From assembly GCF_009914755.1 (NCBI RefSeq), contig NC_060948.1: a stretch of 64,000 nucleotides of DNA. One strand, written 5' to 3'. The position numbers and the translations under genes are program-made. This stretch comes from the human T2T-CHM13v2.0 reference genome, Homo sapiens. The notes beneath the pieces were generated by a model that saw only the letters and a program-made list of their open reading frames with translations, had not been told where the DNA came from and ran no database searches. Shown here in pieces: positions 1 through 13,408 of the stretch. The first letter of the stretch is position 1. Every line of letters begins with the position of its first letter.

Positions 1-198
1 CCATTCTCCTGCCTCAGCCTCCTGAGTAGCTGGGACTACAGGAACCCACCCCCAAGCCCAGGTAATTTTTTGTATTTTTTATAGAGATGGGGTTTCACTG
101 TGTTAGCCAGGATGGTCTCGATCTCCTGACCTGAAGATCTGCCCGCCTTGGCCTCCCAAAGTGCTGGGATTACAGGCGTGAGCCACCGCGCCCAGGCC
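1..198 (-). mobile_element. Alu (AluY-like), cut by window edge
   Basis: Antisense Alu motifs: 'gttagccaggatggtctcgatctcctgacc', 'cctcccaaagtgctgggattacaggcgtgagccaccgcgcc'. Confidence 0.93.
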
Positions 199-202
199 GG
201 CT

Positions 203-495
203 TTTATCTTTTTTGAGACAGAGTCTCACACTGTCACCCAGGTTGGAGTGCAGTGGCATGATCTTGGCTCACTGCAACTCCACCTGCCAGGTTCAAGTGA
301 TTCTCTTGCCTCAGCCACCCAAGTAGCTAGGACTACAGGAACACACGACCACACCTACTAACTTTTGTATTTTTAGTAGAGATGGGGTTTCGCCATGTTG
401 GCCAGGCTGGTCTTGAACTCCTGACCTCAAGTGATCCACCGGCCTCGGCCTCCCAAAGTGCTAGGATTACAGGCGTGAGCCACCGTGCCCAGCCT
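203..495 (-). mobile_element. Alu (AluS-like)
   Basis: T-rich tail then full antisense dimer 'gagacagagtctcac...gccaccgtgcccagcc'. Confidence 0.93.
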
Positions 496-2016
496 CATTT
501 GGCTTTAAACTGAGAGCTGGTAGCCTTCTACATGGGGATCAAATATTAATGTGACTCTGCAGCAACGGGATTGATATTGTGTGTGTGCTTGTGTAGGAAG
601 TCTCTGTAGTTACTTAATTGACTCTGAGGCTGAATCCAAGAATGTATGTGTCAGAAAAGCTGACGAATAATCCACCTACAGAATGTAGCTGTGTCTGAGA
701 AGCACAGTTGGAGCTTTATGACTGTGGATTCCAAGTAGGTCGGGTGCTGAGGGCCAGATGCTGTCTGTTTTCCAAGCCAGCTCTCAGACGGTGGAAGACG
801 GCTGTGTAGTGCATTGCGTGCAGTGCTCAGTGAGCTCTGCACTGCGGGCCCTTGCTCTGCTGCTGAGCTCTGCCTGATGCCCCAAGAATTTCAGCTGTGC
901 AGAGGGCATCCATGCTGGTGGGGTTGTATATCTCTTCTGTGCATGGAGAGGGTCACCCTGAACAGCTGTCATGTGCAGACTGTGTGTGTGTGAGTGAATG
1001 GCAGTATTAATGCTGTAAAAGGTCGAGAGGAGGTGGGGGTTGCCCATGCTTCATTCATCAAGGCCATGTCTTTCAGCAGACTGCATAACCACTCTGAAGA
1101 AATTAGTTCCAGGAACTCTGCTTTTGAGCTACCAACTTAGCAATTTTCAGAATTGTGTGCGTGTTTTTGAATGGCAAGACATGATGATATTCCAGCATAT
1201 GTAGGTTGAAAAGGTATCTCCAGCTTATTTCAGAGACTCTAATTTCTGAAGGGTCAATAAGAAAGAATACACTTCAAAAATTAAAATGGAGAATAACAGA
1301 AGTCAGAATTCAGGCTCACCAAAAAAAAAAAAATCTAAAATACAAAGGTTTGAAGATACCCAATGTTTTGTATAAGTTTAAAGTAACGTAAACATGTCTG
1401 GGTAAGTCAGATAAAGTACTGCTGTGATAACCGATGCATAACAAGAAAAAGTGTTGGTTGTAGTGTTCTGTTTGGATAACAGAAGCACGTTAAGATTGGA
1501 ATTATTTTTTGTTGTTCTTGGTTGTTCATGGGAACCAAATAGAGGTAACATTTTTTGTAAGGTTCAAGATGCTATGTTAATATAAAGCAAAGTAGGGTAG
1601 ATTGAAGTGATGATACATACATATTTGTAATTTTTTTTGGAACAAAGAGGAATGTTTCATATAAGTACAATATCTCAAAACATGGAATGACCTTGAACCC
1701 TTTTTGCACCACACACCATAGCTACCAAATAGATAAAGCAAAAACTGTTGATACACTGGGTAAAAATGACAAATTCATAACCATTATGTGATTTTTCTGA
1801 GGAAATCTATTTATGACCTGAAAATGAGACCCAGACTTTGTCTTACATAGGGTTTTGGGAAGAATGGAGATGCTAAGGTATTGGTGGATTTTTCTCAAAA
1901 GTGGGAATGTTCAGGAAGTGCTTGCCCTTTATCTGTAAAAGTGTGGATATTCCAACAAGACTTGCTGATTGGTTGATATAAAATGAGCTCATTAGGGTGA
2001 AGCTGTTACTGATTGG

Positions 2017-3675
<1,659 letters not shown>

Positions 3676-3726
3676 TATTTGTAATTTTTTTTAAGTTACA
3701 CGATGCTTCATAAGCTCAGAGAAGAG

Positions 3727-4240
3727 ATGGTTGGATGGATGGATGAGTGGATGAGTGGATGGATGGGAAGGTAAGTGATGGATGGATAGATGGAAGGGTT
3801 GGTAGGTGGATGGATGGATGGATGAATGGAAAAGTAAGTGGATGGACGGATGAATGGAAAAGTAAGTGGATAGATGGATGAATAGGTAAGTAGATGGATG
3901 GATATATAAAAGGGAGGGTAAGTGAGTTGGTGGGTGGATGGATGGATGGATGGATGGATGGGAGGGTAAGTGGATGGATGGGAAGGTAAGTGGTGGATGG
4001 ATTGATGGAAGGGTAAGTGGGTAGATGGATGCATGAATGGAAAAGTAAGTGGATGGATGGATGGATGGATGGATGAATAGGTAAGTGGGTGGATAGATAA
4101 GAGGGAAGGTAAATGAGTGAGTGGATGGATGGATGGATGGATGCATGGATGATGGATGGATGGATAGTGGATGGATGGATGGATGGATGGATACATGCAT
4201 GTGTAGATGGATGGAGGCATGGGAAGGTGGATGGATGGGG
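3727..4240. repeat. (GGAT)n simple repeat with interspersed 'ggaa(a/g)gtaagt' units
   Basis: Directly visible tandem GGAT/TGGA; the HPSI-rich ORFs here are artefacts of the repeat. Confidence 0.95.
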
Positions 4241-4721
4241 GAGTGAGAAGAAGGATGTAAGGATAAATAGGTGGATATATAACCAGATGGACTGGTGGCT
4301 GAATGGTAGATACCAGCCAGACTTTCCTTGAGTCAGTCAGTCTTGATTTTGGTGAATAATCTTTCCATATTGGTACATTCTGTGTACTGAAATTTTATTT
4401 AGCATTTTAATTTACACACTAATAAGTGAAATGGGCTTCTCTTACTTGTCTGCACTAGCAAGGCATTTGGAATCAAGAAGACATAAATACCTCAAAATAA
4501 ATTTGGTAGCACAGATTTGTTTTTTGGTATGAGATTTTAGACCTTGTAGGAAAGTTTAGATGTAGCATATTTGTTCGTTGTTCCTCAAGTTCAAGAGGCC
4601 TTGGGTGAGGACTGGGTTCTGGGTGTCTCTGAAGACTGGTGCTGAAATGGGATCTGGAGGTGGTCCTTGGAGCTGTGGGTGCTGGCATTGTCTTCCTTCT
4701 CTCCCATCTTGCAGAGTGCAA

Positions 4722-4878
4722 ACCACTATGCTGGGCCAATTTTTGTATTTTTTGTTCAGACGAGGTCTTGCCATGTTACTCAAGCTGGTCTTGAACTCCT
4801 GGAAATATATTTCCAGCAATCCACCCACCTTAGCCTCCCAAAGTGCTGGGATTACAGGCGTGAGTCACCATGCCTAGC
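4722..4878 (-). mobile_element. Partial Alu (left-arm region)
   Basis: 'ccaatttttgtattttttg...cctcccaaagtgctgggattacaggcgtgagtcacc'. Confidence 0.8.
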
Positions 4879-5049
4879 CCTGTTTTTATGTCTTACTTGC
4901 AAATATGTTTTCCCCTTGCATTTATACCCATGGGGACTTTGGAAACCCAGAGCCAATATAGGCAGCTGCCTATTTGTTTACTTGTTAGTTTCATATCATG
5001 ACTCCACATTATTTAGAAGGAATAGTTTTCAGATAATACTTTAGGGTTA

Positions 5050-5160
5050 CAGGACCACTATGTTGCACAGGCTGGCCTTGCACTCCTGGCCTTGATCCTC
5101 TCACCTCAGCCTCCCAGAGTGCTGGGATTATAAGGGTGAGCCACAGGACCACATCCAGCC
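5050..5160 (-). mobile_element. Alu left monomer / FLAM-like fragment
   Basis: 'actatgttgcacaggctggccttgcactcctgg...cccagagtgctgggattataagggtgagccac'. Confidence 0.7.
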
Positions 5161-5455
5161 AATGTGTTCATTTTTGAAGTTTGACTTAAGAGTCTCGTAG
5201 ATTCAGTATCTTATGTGGCTGTAGTCACTGTCCTTGCCATTAGTCTCAGGAGGAGAAGCTAGAGCAGGGAGGCAGATCCACAAAGCACTCACGCGGAGGG
5301 AGAAGCATGCAAAAGGATGGTGGAAGAGACCAATGCCCTGAGATGCCAGAGCTGAGGGAAGCTGAAAGGAAATGCAAAGGAAGATTTAACTCAGACATAT
5401 CAGTTCTAGACAGGGCAGGTAAGCAGTCTTCTACAAGCAAATTCATGTCATTGAG

Positions 5456-5582
5456 CAGGGCACAGTGGAGCACGCCTCTAATCCCAGCACTTTGGGAGGC
5501 TGAGGTAGGAGGATCACTTGAGTCCAGGAGTTTGAGACCAGCTGGCAAAACCTAGCAAGATCCCATCTCTACAAAAAATACA
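5456..5582 (+). mobile_element. Alu left monomer / FLAM-like
   Basis: 'cctctaatcccagcactttgggaggctgagg...ccatctctacaaaaaatac'. Confidence 0.8.
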
Positions 5583-6129
5583 ACAGTTGCTGCCTTGTGG
5601 TTCGGTGCCAACATACATAGCTGTACTCACACAGCTCCTTGATCCCTCATGTGACTCCCAGTCTGTGACCTGAGAGTTGCCTTTCCAGAAGAATCCAGCC
5701 CTGTCGAAAGCTGCCCTTTTGTTTCCCAGCTGCCCCATCCCTGGTGCCTACGCAAGAGCTCCCACTAGCCAGGTGCGCAGTCTGGAGCCCCTGTGCCCTC
5801 TCTTGGGGGAGAGACTCCTATAGTATGTGCTGATGTGGCAGCCCCCTCCTCTCTGGCTCTCCTCTTGCCTCCTTGTCAGCTGTATGCATTCTTCAAAGCT
5901 GCCACCTCTGGGTTGACCTTGGCTGACTTTGCATGTTATGGGATCCTTTCATGCTTTCACCTTTCTCCAGAGAGCTACCTGGATACAGAGATGTCCATTT
6001 TCCATGTTAGCATCTTCCAGCTTCCATTCCTGTTGACTGTGTCCAAGTCCAGTCCCCCTCCCAGGCTGGGCTGAGATAACACAGGCACCCACTCAGAATG
6101 CTGTACAGATACATAGATGGATTGATTGA

Positions 6130-6400
6130 TTCATTGACAGGGTCTCACTCTGTGGCCCAGGCTGGAGTGCAGTGGTGCAGTCATGGCTCTCTGCAGCCTT
6201 GACCTCCAAGCTCAGTCAATCTTTCCAGTAGCTGAGATCACAGGAGGACCCCAGCATGCCAGCAATTTTAAAAAAAGTTTTTGTAGACAGTGTCTTGCTA
6301 TACTGTGCAGGCAGGCCTCAAACTCTTGGCCTCAAGCAATCCTTTCCCCTTAGTCTCCCAGAGTGCTGGGATTACAAGGGTGAGCCACCACACCACACCC
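6130..6400 (-). mobile_element. Old Alu (AluJ-like)
   Basis: 'gacagggtctcactctgtggcccaggctggagtgcagtgg' through 'gctgggattacaagggtgagccacc'. Confidence 0.82.
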
Positions 6401-7317
6401 ACCCAATTAAAGTTTGACTTAAGAGTCCCATAGATTCAGTGTCTTATGTGGCTTTTAGGTCCTTGTAATTAGTCTCAGAAATCAAGTTAGCTCATCCGTT
6501 TTCTGAAGGCCCACACATTTGAAGTAAGAAAGGAAATAGTTCTGAGTCACATCCTTCTCAATATAAATAGAAAATGCATTCAAATATTTCCACAAATTTT
6601 GTGTCTTTTAAATCTGCACAAACCCAGAGAATTCCTAGAGAGGCTGCCAGAACTAATAGCACATGTCAGGTCTGCATTCCACCAGGCCAGCTGAGCAAAC
6701 CACATCAGGCCCCTTCATACCACACAGCTCACCACCACCTCACAGATGTATTTCTGCCTCAGGCTTTCTCACATGTGGCATTTGAAGCATGTCCTTGGGA
6801 ACATGTTTGTCCTCTCGGAAAGTTTAAATTTTTGTGTGTTCATTTCTGTGCTAGCTCTTAGAGTCTAAATCAAGATGTGGTGAATGGTGTGAATGACCAT
6901 GGCTGTGTGTCAGAGAGTCTCATTGACCACAGTGCTGACACAGTTTTCCTGGGTGGAAGAAAAGAGTGAGTTCAGGACTCCCCTGTGAACAGTATGCTCC
7001 ACGTGGATGAGGGACAGGACATCAGGGTGCCGTGCCAGCAGAGCTCTGTGTCTTGTTAGTCTAAACAAAAGTGATGGCTGAGATGAGTCCTTCTGTGATA
7101 CCCCAGAAATTGTGATAGCCGGGCCCAGAAGCAGCACCATTGCAGTGCCCAGGGCCACGAACATTGTGATTCATGTTCAGCAAAGCCACACCACCTGTCA
7201 TTAAACCTGAAGTTGGCTTTACAGTTTTGCTTGCATATAACATTGTTTTGCATTTTAAAGGAAACAGATTTTATACATAGGCATATTTAACAGTCTAATA
7301 AAAAATAATTGAATTCA

Positions 7318-7568
7318 TATATTGTATGATACCATTTCCAGAATAGGTACATCTATAGATAGAAAGTAGATTAGTGGCTGCCAGGGGTTGAGTGGGACCA
7401 AGTGAGGCAGAGACTGCTCATGGACAGAGGGTTTCTTTCTAGAGTAATGGAAATCCTCTGGAATCAGATAGTGGTGACTGCTGTGAATATACTAAAAACT
7501 ACCGACCTGTGCTGTTTCAAAGGGCAAGTTTTATGATATACTAATTTTATCTTGGTTATAAAAAAAAT
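7318..7568 (+). mobile_element. Old L1M 3'-end fragment
   Basis: 'atagaaagtagattagtggctgccagggg', 'gatagtggtga...gtgaatatactaaaaac' are typical of L1MB-ME 3' UTRs. Confidence 0.7.
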
Positions 7569-7634
7569 CTCAACACTGGGAATCCACAAGAAAACTTTTT
7601 AATTTAAAATGGGTCTGTGCATTAAGTGGCTGTA

Positions 7635-7755
7635 GCTCAAAGGTCAACAGTGTTTGCAGAATATGAGATGATAAATATTTGTGGCTTAGAGGGACATAGC
7701 ATCCCTGCTGCAGCCACTCAGCTCTGCTGTGATACCATGAAACCAGACATGTGGT
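7635..7755. mobile_element. MER58-like hAT relic (partial)
   Basis: 'gataaatatttgtggcttagagggacatagc...ccactcagctctgctgtgata' resembles MER58A, opposite in orientation to the 8506 copy. Confidence 0.5.
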
Positions 7756-8505
7756 GACCAGGTTGCCCTCCCTACAGGCCTGCTTAGAGAACCCTGGCTA
7801 GATTCCAGCCCTTGATGGTCACCCCGGCAGGGAGCAGCATCCCTGCTACCCCACCAGACCCAACAGCCATGGGGGCCTTTCCCTTCTCCACATTTCTTCC
7901 TGCCCTTCCCTAAAGCAGGAAGTGAGACAAGGAAACATGTGAGTCAGATATGTGGATGTCTTCTGCAGAACTCATCTGGCCCCTTCCTTCAAGTCATTTG
8001 TTTCTTTCTGTGAGTTAGTCCTGCCCCCTGCTTACCAGAGACAGGTAGTTTTACTTGTAGGCTCCCTGAGCAGAATTGGAGTCAGTGTGACACAGATTGT
8101 GTCTTTGAATAGAAAGTCTCCACAATGCCATGCCCCTCTTAACTCTGTGTGTGTCCACTGTATGCACTAGATCTCCCTCCCAGCTCTCCTCCTCCCAAGC
8201 ATATCCCACACACTTCTCAAACTGCATCTCATCCTTCCTTAGATCACTTCCAGAATTGTCTGCAGAGTTGAGGTCTCATGGTTTGTGAGACAGTCTCAAG
8301 CAGCTCACCCATATCAAGTGGTGTCAGATGTGTCAGATTGGGGGGTTTAGGTCAGGGTCACCTGGAAACAAGTTTACTGGGGAGCAGAGCAGCTTTCTTC
8401 TCAGCTTGGAAGAATATGATAAACCATCCCTAGATTCACTGGTTTCAAGTCTAGGGAAGCAGATGGACTCAACAGAGGAAAGGATTGCATAACCATTGTT
8501 TTAGT

Positions 8506-8720
8506 CAGGGGTTAGCAAACTATGGTCCACAGCCCCCTGTCTGTTTTTGTAAATAAAATTTTATTGGCGTGCAGCCACATTCGTTTGCCCATGGACTGCC
8601 TGTGGCTGCTTCCTCTCTATAATGGCAGAGTTGAGTCGTCATTGCGGCAGATCAGATGGCTTTTACAGCTGAAACTATCTGCCATCTGATCCTTTACAAA
8701 AAGGTTTGCTTGCCGACCAG
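8506..8720. mobile_element. MER58A-like hAT-Charlie DNA transposon relic
   Basis: Starts 'caggggttagcaaactatgg', internal 'tttgtaaataaaattttattgg', 'atggcagagttgagt', ends 'tttacaaaaaggtttgcttgccgacc'. Confidence 0.8.
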
Positions 8721-9447
8721 GCTTAGTGGAGGGATGTAAGGGATGGTCTTAACCTGAGTGTGCTTCCAGCACAGGGAGCATGGAACCCAGTGGCAGTCTG
8801 TCTAGATGTTTTCAGAGAGGCTTCTTTGTGGTATTTCATGATTATCTTGCAACATAATGTCCATCTCCCCATGTTTTTTTACTTTCCTAGTCTCTGGTTT
8901 GGTTAACTTGGTAAAGTTTGCTTTGTCCAAGTAGAGGGGGCTGTGGCTTGTTCACAGCCCAAGAATGCAGGAGCACGCAGGATGCTGTAACATCAGCTTC
9001 TCTTACTTATTAGTGATAATCTGGGTTAGGGAAGGTTGCCCTTGGACCACATGGGCATGCCTCCCAATTCATGGAAAGTGACTCATAAAAGTTTCACATT
9101 TCACCAAGACTGTCCAGGAGATGAGGAGGAAGTTCTTTCAGAACATAAGGGTACTAGGGTGGTGATTTCATTCTGTTCTTTTTTTATTTGTGGAATTTTT
9201 CAAGAACAAAAATGTTTTGTGTCAAATAAAAGCAGACTTGTATTCATTTTATTACAATGATTTTGATTTTAAAGTCTATACTGCACAATCTATGAAAAGA
9301 TTTGAGCATCTTGTAAGCCCTGATAATTATGCCTCACTCTAAGAAACATGGATATGTGGAACCAACATTGTAAACCTTAATATTATAATACTGTGTTTTC
9401 TGTTTAGAAGTAATTCAGGGAGAGTCTCCTTTAAGAATGGATTCCTA

Positions 9448-9717
9448 GGCCAGGTGCAATGCGTCATACCTGTAATCCAGTACTTTAGGAGGCTGAGAGG
9501 ATTGCTTGAGCCCAGGAGTTCGATACCAGCCTGGGCAACATAGTGAGACCCCATTTCTAAAAAAAAAAAATTAGCTGGGCAGTTACTTGGGAGGCTGGGT
9601 TGGGAGGATCAATTGAGCCCAGGAGGTCAAGGCTGTAGTGAACTGTGATGGTGCCATTGCACTCCAGCCTGGGTGACAGTGAGACCTTCTCTCAAAAAAA
9701 AAAAAAAAAAAAAAAAC
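9448..9717 (+). mobile_element. Alu (AluJ-like) with poly-A
   Basis: 'ggccaggtgcaatg...gagcccaggaggtcaaggctgtagtga...' followed by an A tail. Confidence 0.9.
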
Positions 9718-9718
9718 A

Positions 9719-11180
9719 AATTTTAGCTCTAAGTTGACTGCAAGAACAAACCAGGAATCCTGAGAGGACCCACAGACCCTCTGAAGAAAACAGACTGCTT
9801 CTGCAGGAACTGGGAGACCCCCTGCAAAACTGTGAGCCCCACCTGCGGAAGTGGGAAATGGAGACCCTCGTCTCCCGGACATACACCCCCACTGAAGAAG
9901 CTGAAGGTGTGTTTGTGGGAAAAGTTTCCAAATTTACCTGGAGCTGGATCAATTTGGAGAGCCCAGTGAAACACACGGGTAGAGGAAGCAGCAGAAAGTC
10001 ACTGGGAGCTCACTGGGTCCCCAAGTAGCCCATTCCTGCCTGGCACCACAGGGCTCTCACAGGTGAAGAGCAGGGGGTAAAACTCCACAGAGAGAAATAA
10101 ATCTCTAGCTGAACTTTGTAACCATTTGAAGTGGGGTGAGAAGTCTCCTGGCCAGAACTCTGAGGAGGGTGCACATCTGGTGTGCAGACTCCACAGACAG
10201 GGGAAGAACCAAGCTTTTTCTTTCACAGCTGGGAGGAGGGTAGCCTGGGACAAGTTTTCAGGCTGGCCCATGTTGCTGTCCGCCTGGAAACATACTGGGG
10301 GATGTTGGTGTGGGCACAGTGGGGTTGAGTAGCTGAGTGAGACCTGTGACTGCTGCCTTTCCCCCACTTCCCTGATGACCTGCATGACTCAGCAGAGGCA
10401 ACCATAATCCAGCTAGGTACACAACTCCAGTGACCTGGGAATCCCACCCCCATCTCCCACAGCAGCCACAGCAAGATCCACCGAAGGAGAGTCTGAGCTC
10501 AGACATGGCTAGTCCTGCCCCCACCTCATGGTCCTTCCCTATCCACTCTAGTAGTGGAAGACAAAGGACATATAATCTTGGCAACTCTAGGGCCCCACCC
10601 ACTGCCAGTCCCTCTCCACACAATTACAGCAGATGCTTTCTAGAAAGTGCCACCTCCTGGCACCAGCACAAAAATAGAACATTAAACCACTGAAGCTAAG
10701 GACCCTCACAAAGTCCACTGCATCCCCCAGTGCTTCACTGGAGCAGGCACTGATATCCATGGCTGGGAGACCCATAGATGGTTCTGGTTCACATCACAGG
10801 ACTCTGTGCAGACAACCCCCAGTACCAGCCCAGAGCCAGGTAGACTTGCTGGGTGGCTAGACCCAGAAGAGAGAACAATCACTGCAGTTCAGCTCACAGG
10901 AAGCAGGAACAGGAGGAAAGTACTACATCAAGGGAACTCCCTGTGGGACAAAAAAATTTGAACAACAGCCTTCAGCAGACCTTCCCTCTAACAGAGCCTA
11001 CCCAAATGAGAAATAACCAGAAAACCAGCCCTAATAATATGACAAAACAAGGCTCTTTAACACCCACCAAAATCACACTAGTTCACCAGCAATGGATCCA
11101 AACCAAGAAGAAATCCCTGATTTACCTTAAAAAGAGTTTGGAGGTAAGTTATTAAGCTGATCAGGGAGAGACAAGAGAAA
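9719..11180 (+). mobile_element. L1PB/L1PBa-type 5' UTR and ORF1 N-terminus
   Basis: L1PBa-like 5' UTR. ORF1 start region MRNNQKTSPNNMTKQGSLTP, followed by 'gcaatggatccaaaccaagaagaaatccctgatttacc'. Confidence 0.8.
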
Positions 11181-13019
11181 GTTTGAAATCAGGTAGTATG
11201 ATGCCTCCAGATTTGTTCCAAATTGTTGCTTATCTTCCTTTGGCTATGCAGCCTGTTTTTTGGTTCCATATGAATTTTAGAATTGTTTTTTCTAATTCTA
11301 TGAAGAATGATATTTTGATTGGGGTTGCATTGGATTTGTGGACATCTTTTGGCAGTATAGTCATTTTTACAGTATTGATTCTACCCATCCATGAGCATGG
11401 GATGTGTTTCCATTTGTTCATTTCAGCTATGATTCTTTTAGCAGTGTTTTATAGCTTTTATCTTAGAGGTCTTTTGACTCCTTGGTAAGGTATACTCCTA
11501 AGTATTTTATTTTTTTGCAGCTGTTGTGAAAGTGGTTGAGTTCTGGATTTGATTCTTAGCTTGGTCACTGTTGTTATGTAGAAGAGCTACTGATTTGTGT
11601 ATATTAGTCTTGTATCTGGAAACTTTGCTGAATTCTCTTATCAGTTCTTGGAGCTTTCTGGACGAGTCCTTAGGATTGTCAAGGCTAACAGTCATATCAT
11701 CAGCAAACTGCGACAGTTTTACTTCTTCTTTACTAATCTGGATGCTGTTTATTTCTTTCTCCTGTCAGATTGCTCTGGCTTAGATTACCAGTGCCATGTT
11801 GAAGAGAAGTAGTGAGAGTGGACGTCCTTGTCTTGTTCCAGTTCTCGAGGAAATGCTTTCAGCTTTTCCCCATCTGGTATTCTGTTGGCTGTGGGTTTGT
11901 CATAGATGGGTTTTATTACACTGAGGTATGTCCTTTGTATGCCGATGTTTTTAATCATAAAGTGATGCTGATTTTGTCAAATGCTTTTTCTGCATCTATT
12001 GAAATGATCATGTGATTTTGTTTTTAATTCTGTTTATGTGGTGTATCGCATTTTTTGATGTGCATATGTCAAAACATCCCTGCATCCCTGGTATGAAACC
12101 CACTGATCATGATTATAGTGGATTATCTTTTTGATATGTTTTGGATTTGGTTACCTAGTATTTTGTTCAGGATTTTAGCATCTATCTTCCTTGAGGATAT
12201 TGGTCTGTAGTTTTCTTTCCTGGTTATGTCTTTTCCTGGTTTTGGGAAGCTGGCTTCACAGAATGAATCAGGGAGGGTTCCTTCTTTCTCTATCTTGTGG
12301 AGTAGTGTCAAAAGGATTGGTACCAATTCTTCTTTGAATGTCTGGTAGAAATCTGCTGTGACTCTCTCTGGTCCTGGACATTTTTGTTGGTAATTTTTAA
12401 ATTACCAATTCAATCTTGCTGCTTGTTACTGGTCTGTTCAGGGTATCTAATTCTTGATTTAAGCTAGGTGAGTTGTATTCTTCTAGGAATGTATCCATCT
12501 CTTCTAGGTTTCCTAGTTTATGTGCATAAAGGTGTTCATAGTAGCTTTGAATGATCTTTTGTATTTCAATGGTATGAGTTGCAATATCTCCAGTTTTATT
12601 TCTTATTGAGGTTATTTGGATTTTCTCTCGTCTTTTCTTGGTTAATCTTGTCAATGGTCTATCAATTTAGTTTATCTTTTCAAGAAACTAGCTTTTTGTT
12701 TCACTTGTAATTTTTTTTTTGTTTCAATTTCATTTAGTTCTGCTCTGATCTTGGGTTATTTCATTTCTTCTGCTAGGTTTGGGTTTGGTTGTTCTTGTTT
12801 CTCTAGTTATTTGATGTATAACCTTTGAGTGTCAGTTTATGCTCTTTCAGTCTTTTTGATGTAGGTATTTAGGGCTAAGAACTTTCCTCTTAGCGCTGCC
12901 TTAACTGTATTCCAGAGGTTTTGATAGGTGTCGTCACTGTTGTCATTCAGTTCGAAGAATGTTTTTAATTTCCATCTTGATTTTGTTTTTTACCCAGTGC
13001 TTATTCAGGGGCAGGTTAC

Positions 13020-13408
13020 TGTCATGCAAGTCTGTGTGAAGAAACCACCAAACAGGCATTGTGTGAGCAATAAAGCTTTTTAATCACCTGGGTGTAGGCA
13101 GGCTGAATCTGAAAAGAGAGTCAGCGAAGGGAGATGGGTAGGGGCTGTTTTATAGGATTTGGGTAGGCAGTGGAAAATTACAGTCAAAGGGGGTTGTTCT
13201 CTGGCAGGCAGGGGTGGAGGTCACAAGGTGCTCAGTGGGGGAGCTTCTGAGCCAGGAGAAGGAATTTCACAAGATAATGTCATCAGTTAGGGCAGGAACC
13301 AGCCATTTTCACTTCTTATGTGATTCTTCACTTGCTTCAGGCCATCTGGATGTATATGTGCAGGTCACAGGGGATATGATGGCTTAGCTTGGGCTCAGAG
13401 GCCTGACC
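13020..13408 (-). promoter_or_regulatory. HERV-H 3' LTR (LTR7 family)
   Basis: Near-identical to 18779-19165. The antisense polypurine tract 'ttcctgtcttct' lies immediately inside. Confidence 0.92.

Noticed and set aside
818-842. Near-perfect 25-bp palindrome gtgcagtgctca-g-tgagctctgcac
   Set aside because: Too short for a pre-miRNA and has no supporting context; plausible by chance in 64 kb.
1800-2016. LTR-like sequence with ctgattgg motifs
   Set aside because: No termini or family signature I can identify.
3691-4331. 169-, 170- and 72-aa His/Pro/Ser- or Trp/Met-rich ORFs
   Set aside because: Translations of the (GGAT)n repeat, which lacks stops in those frames.
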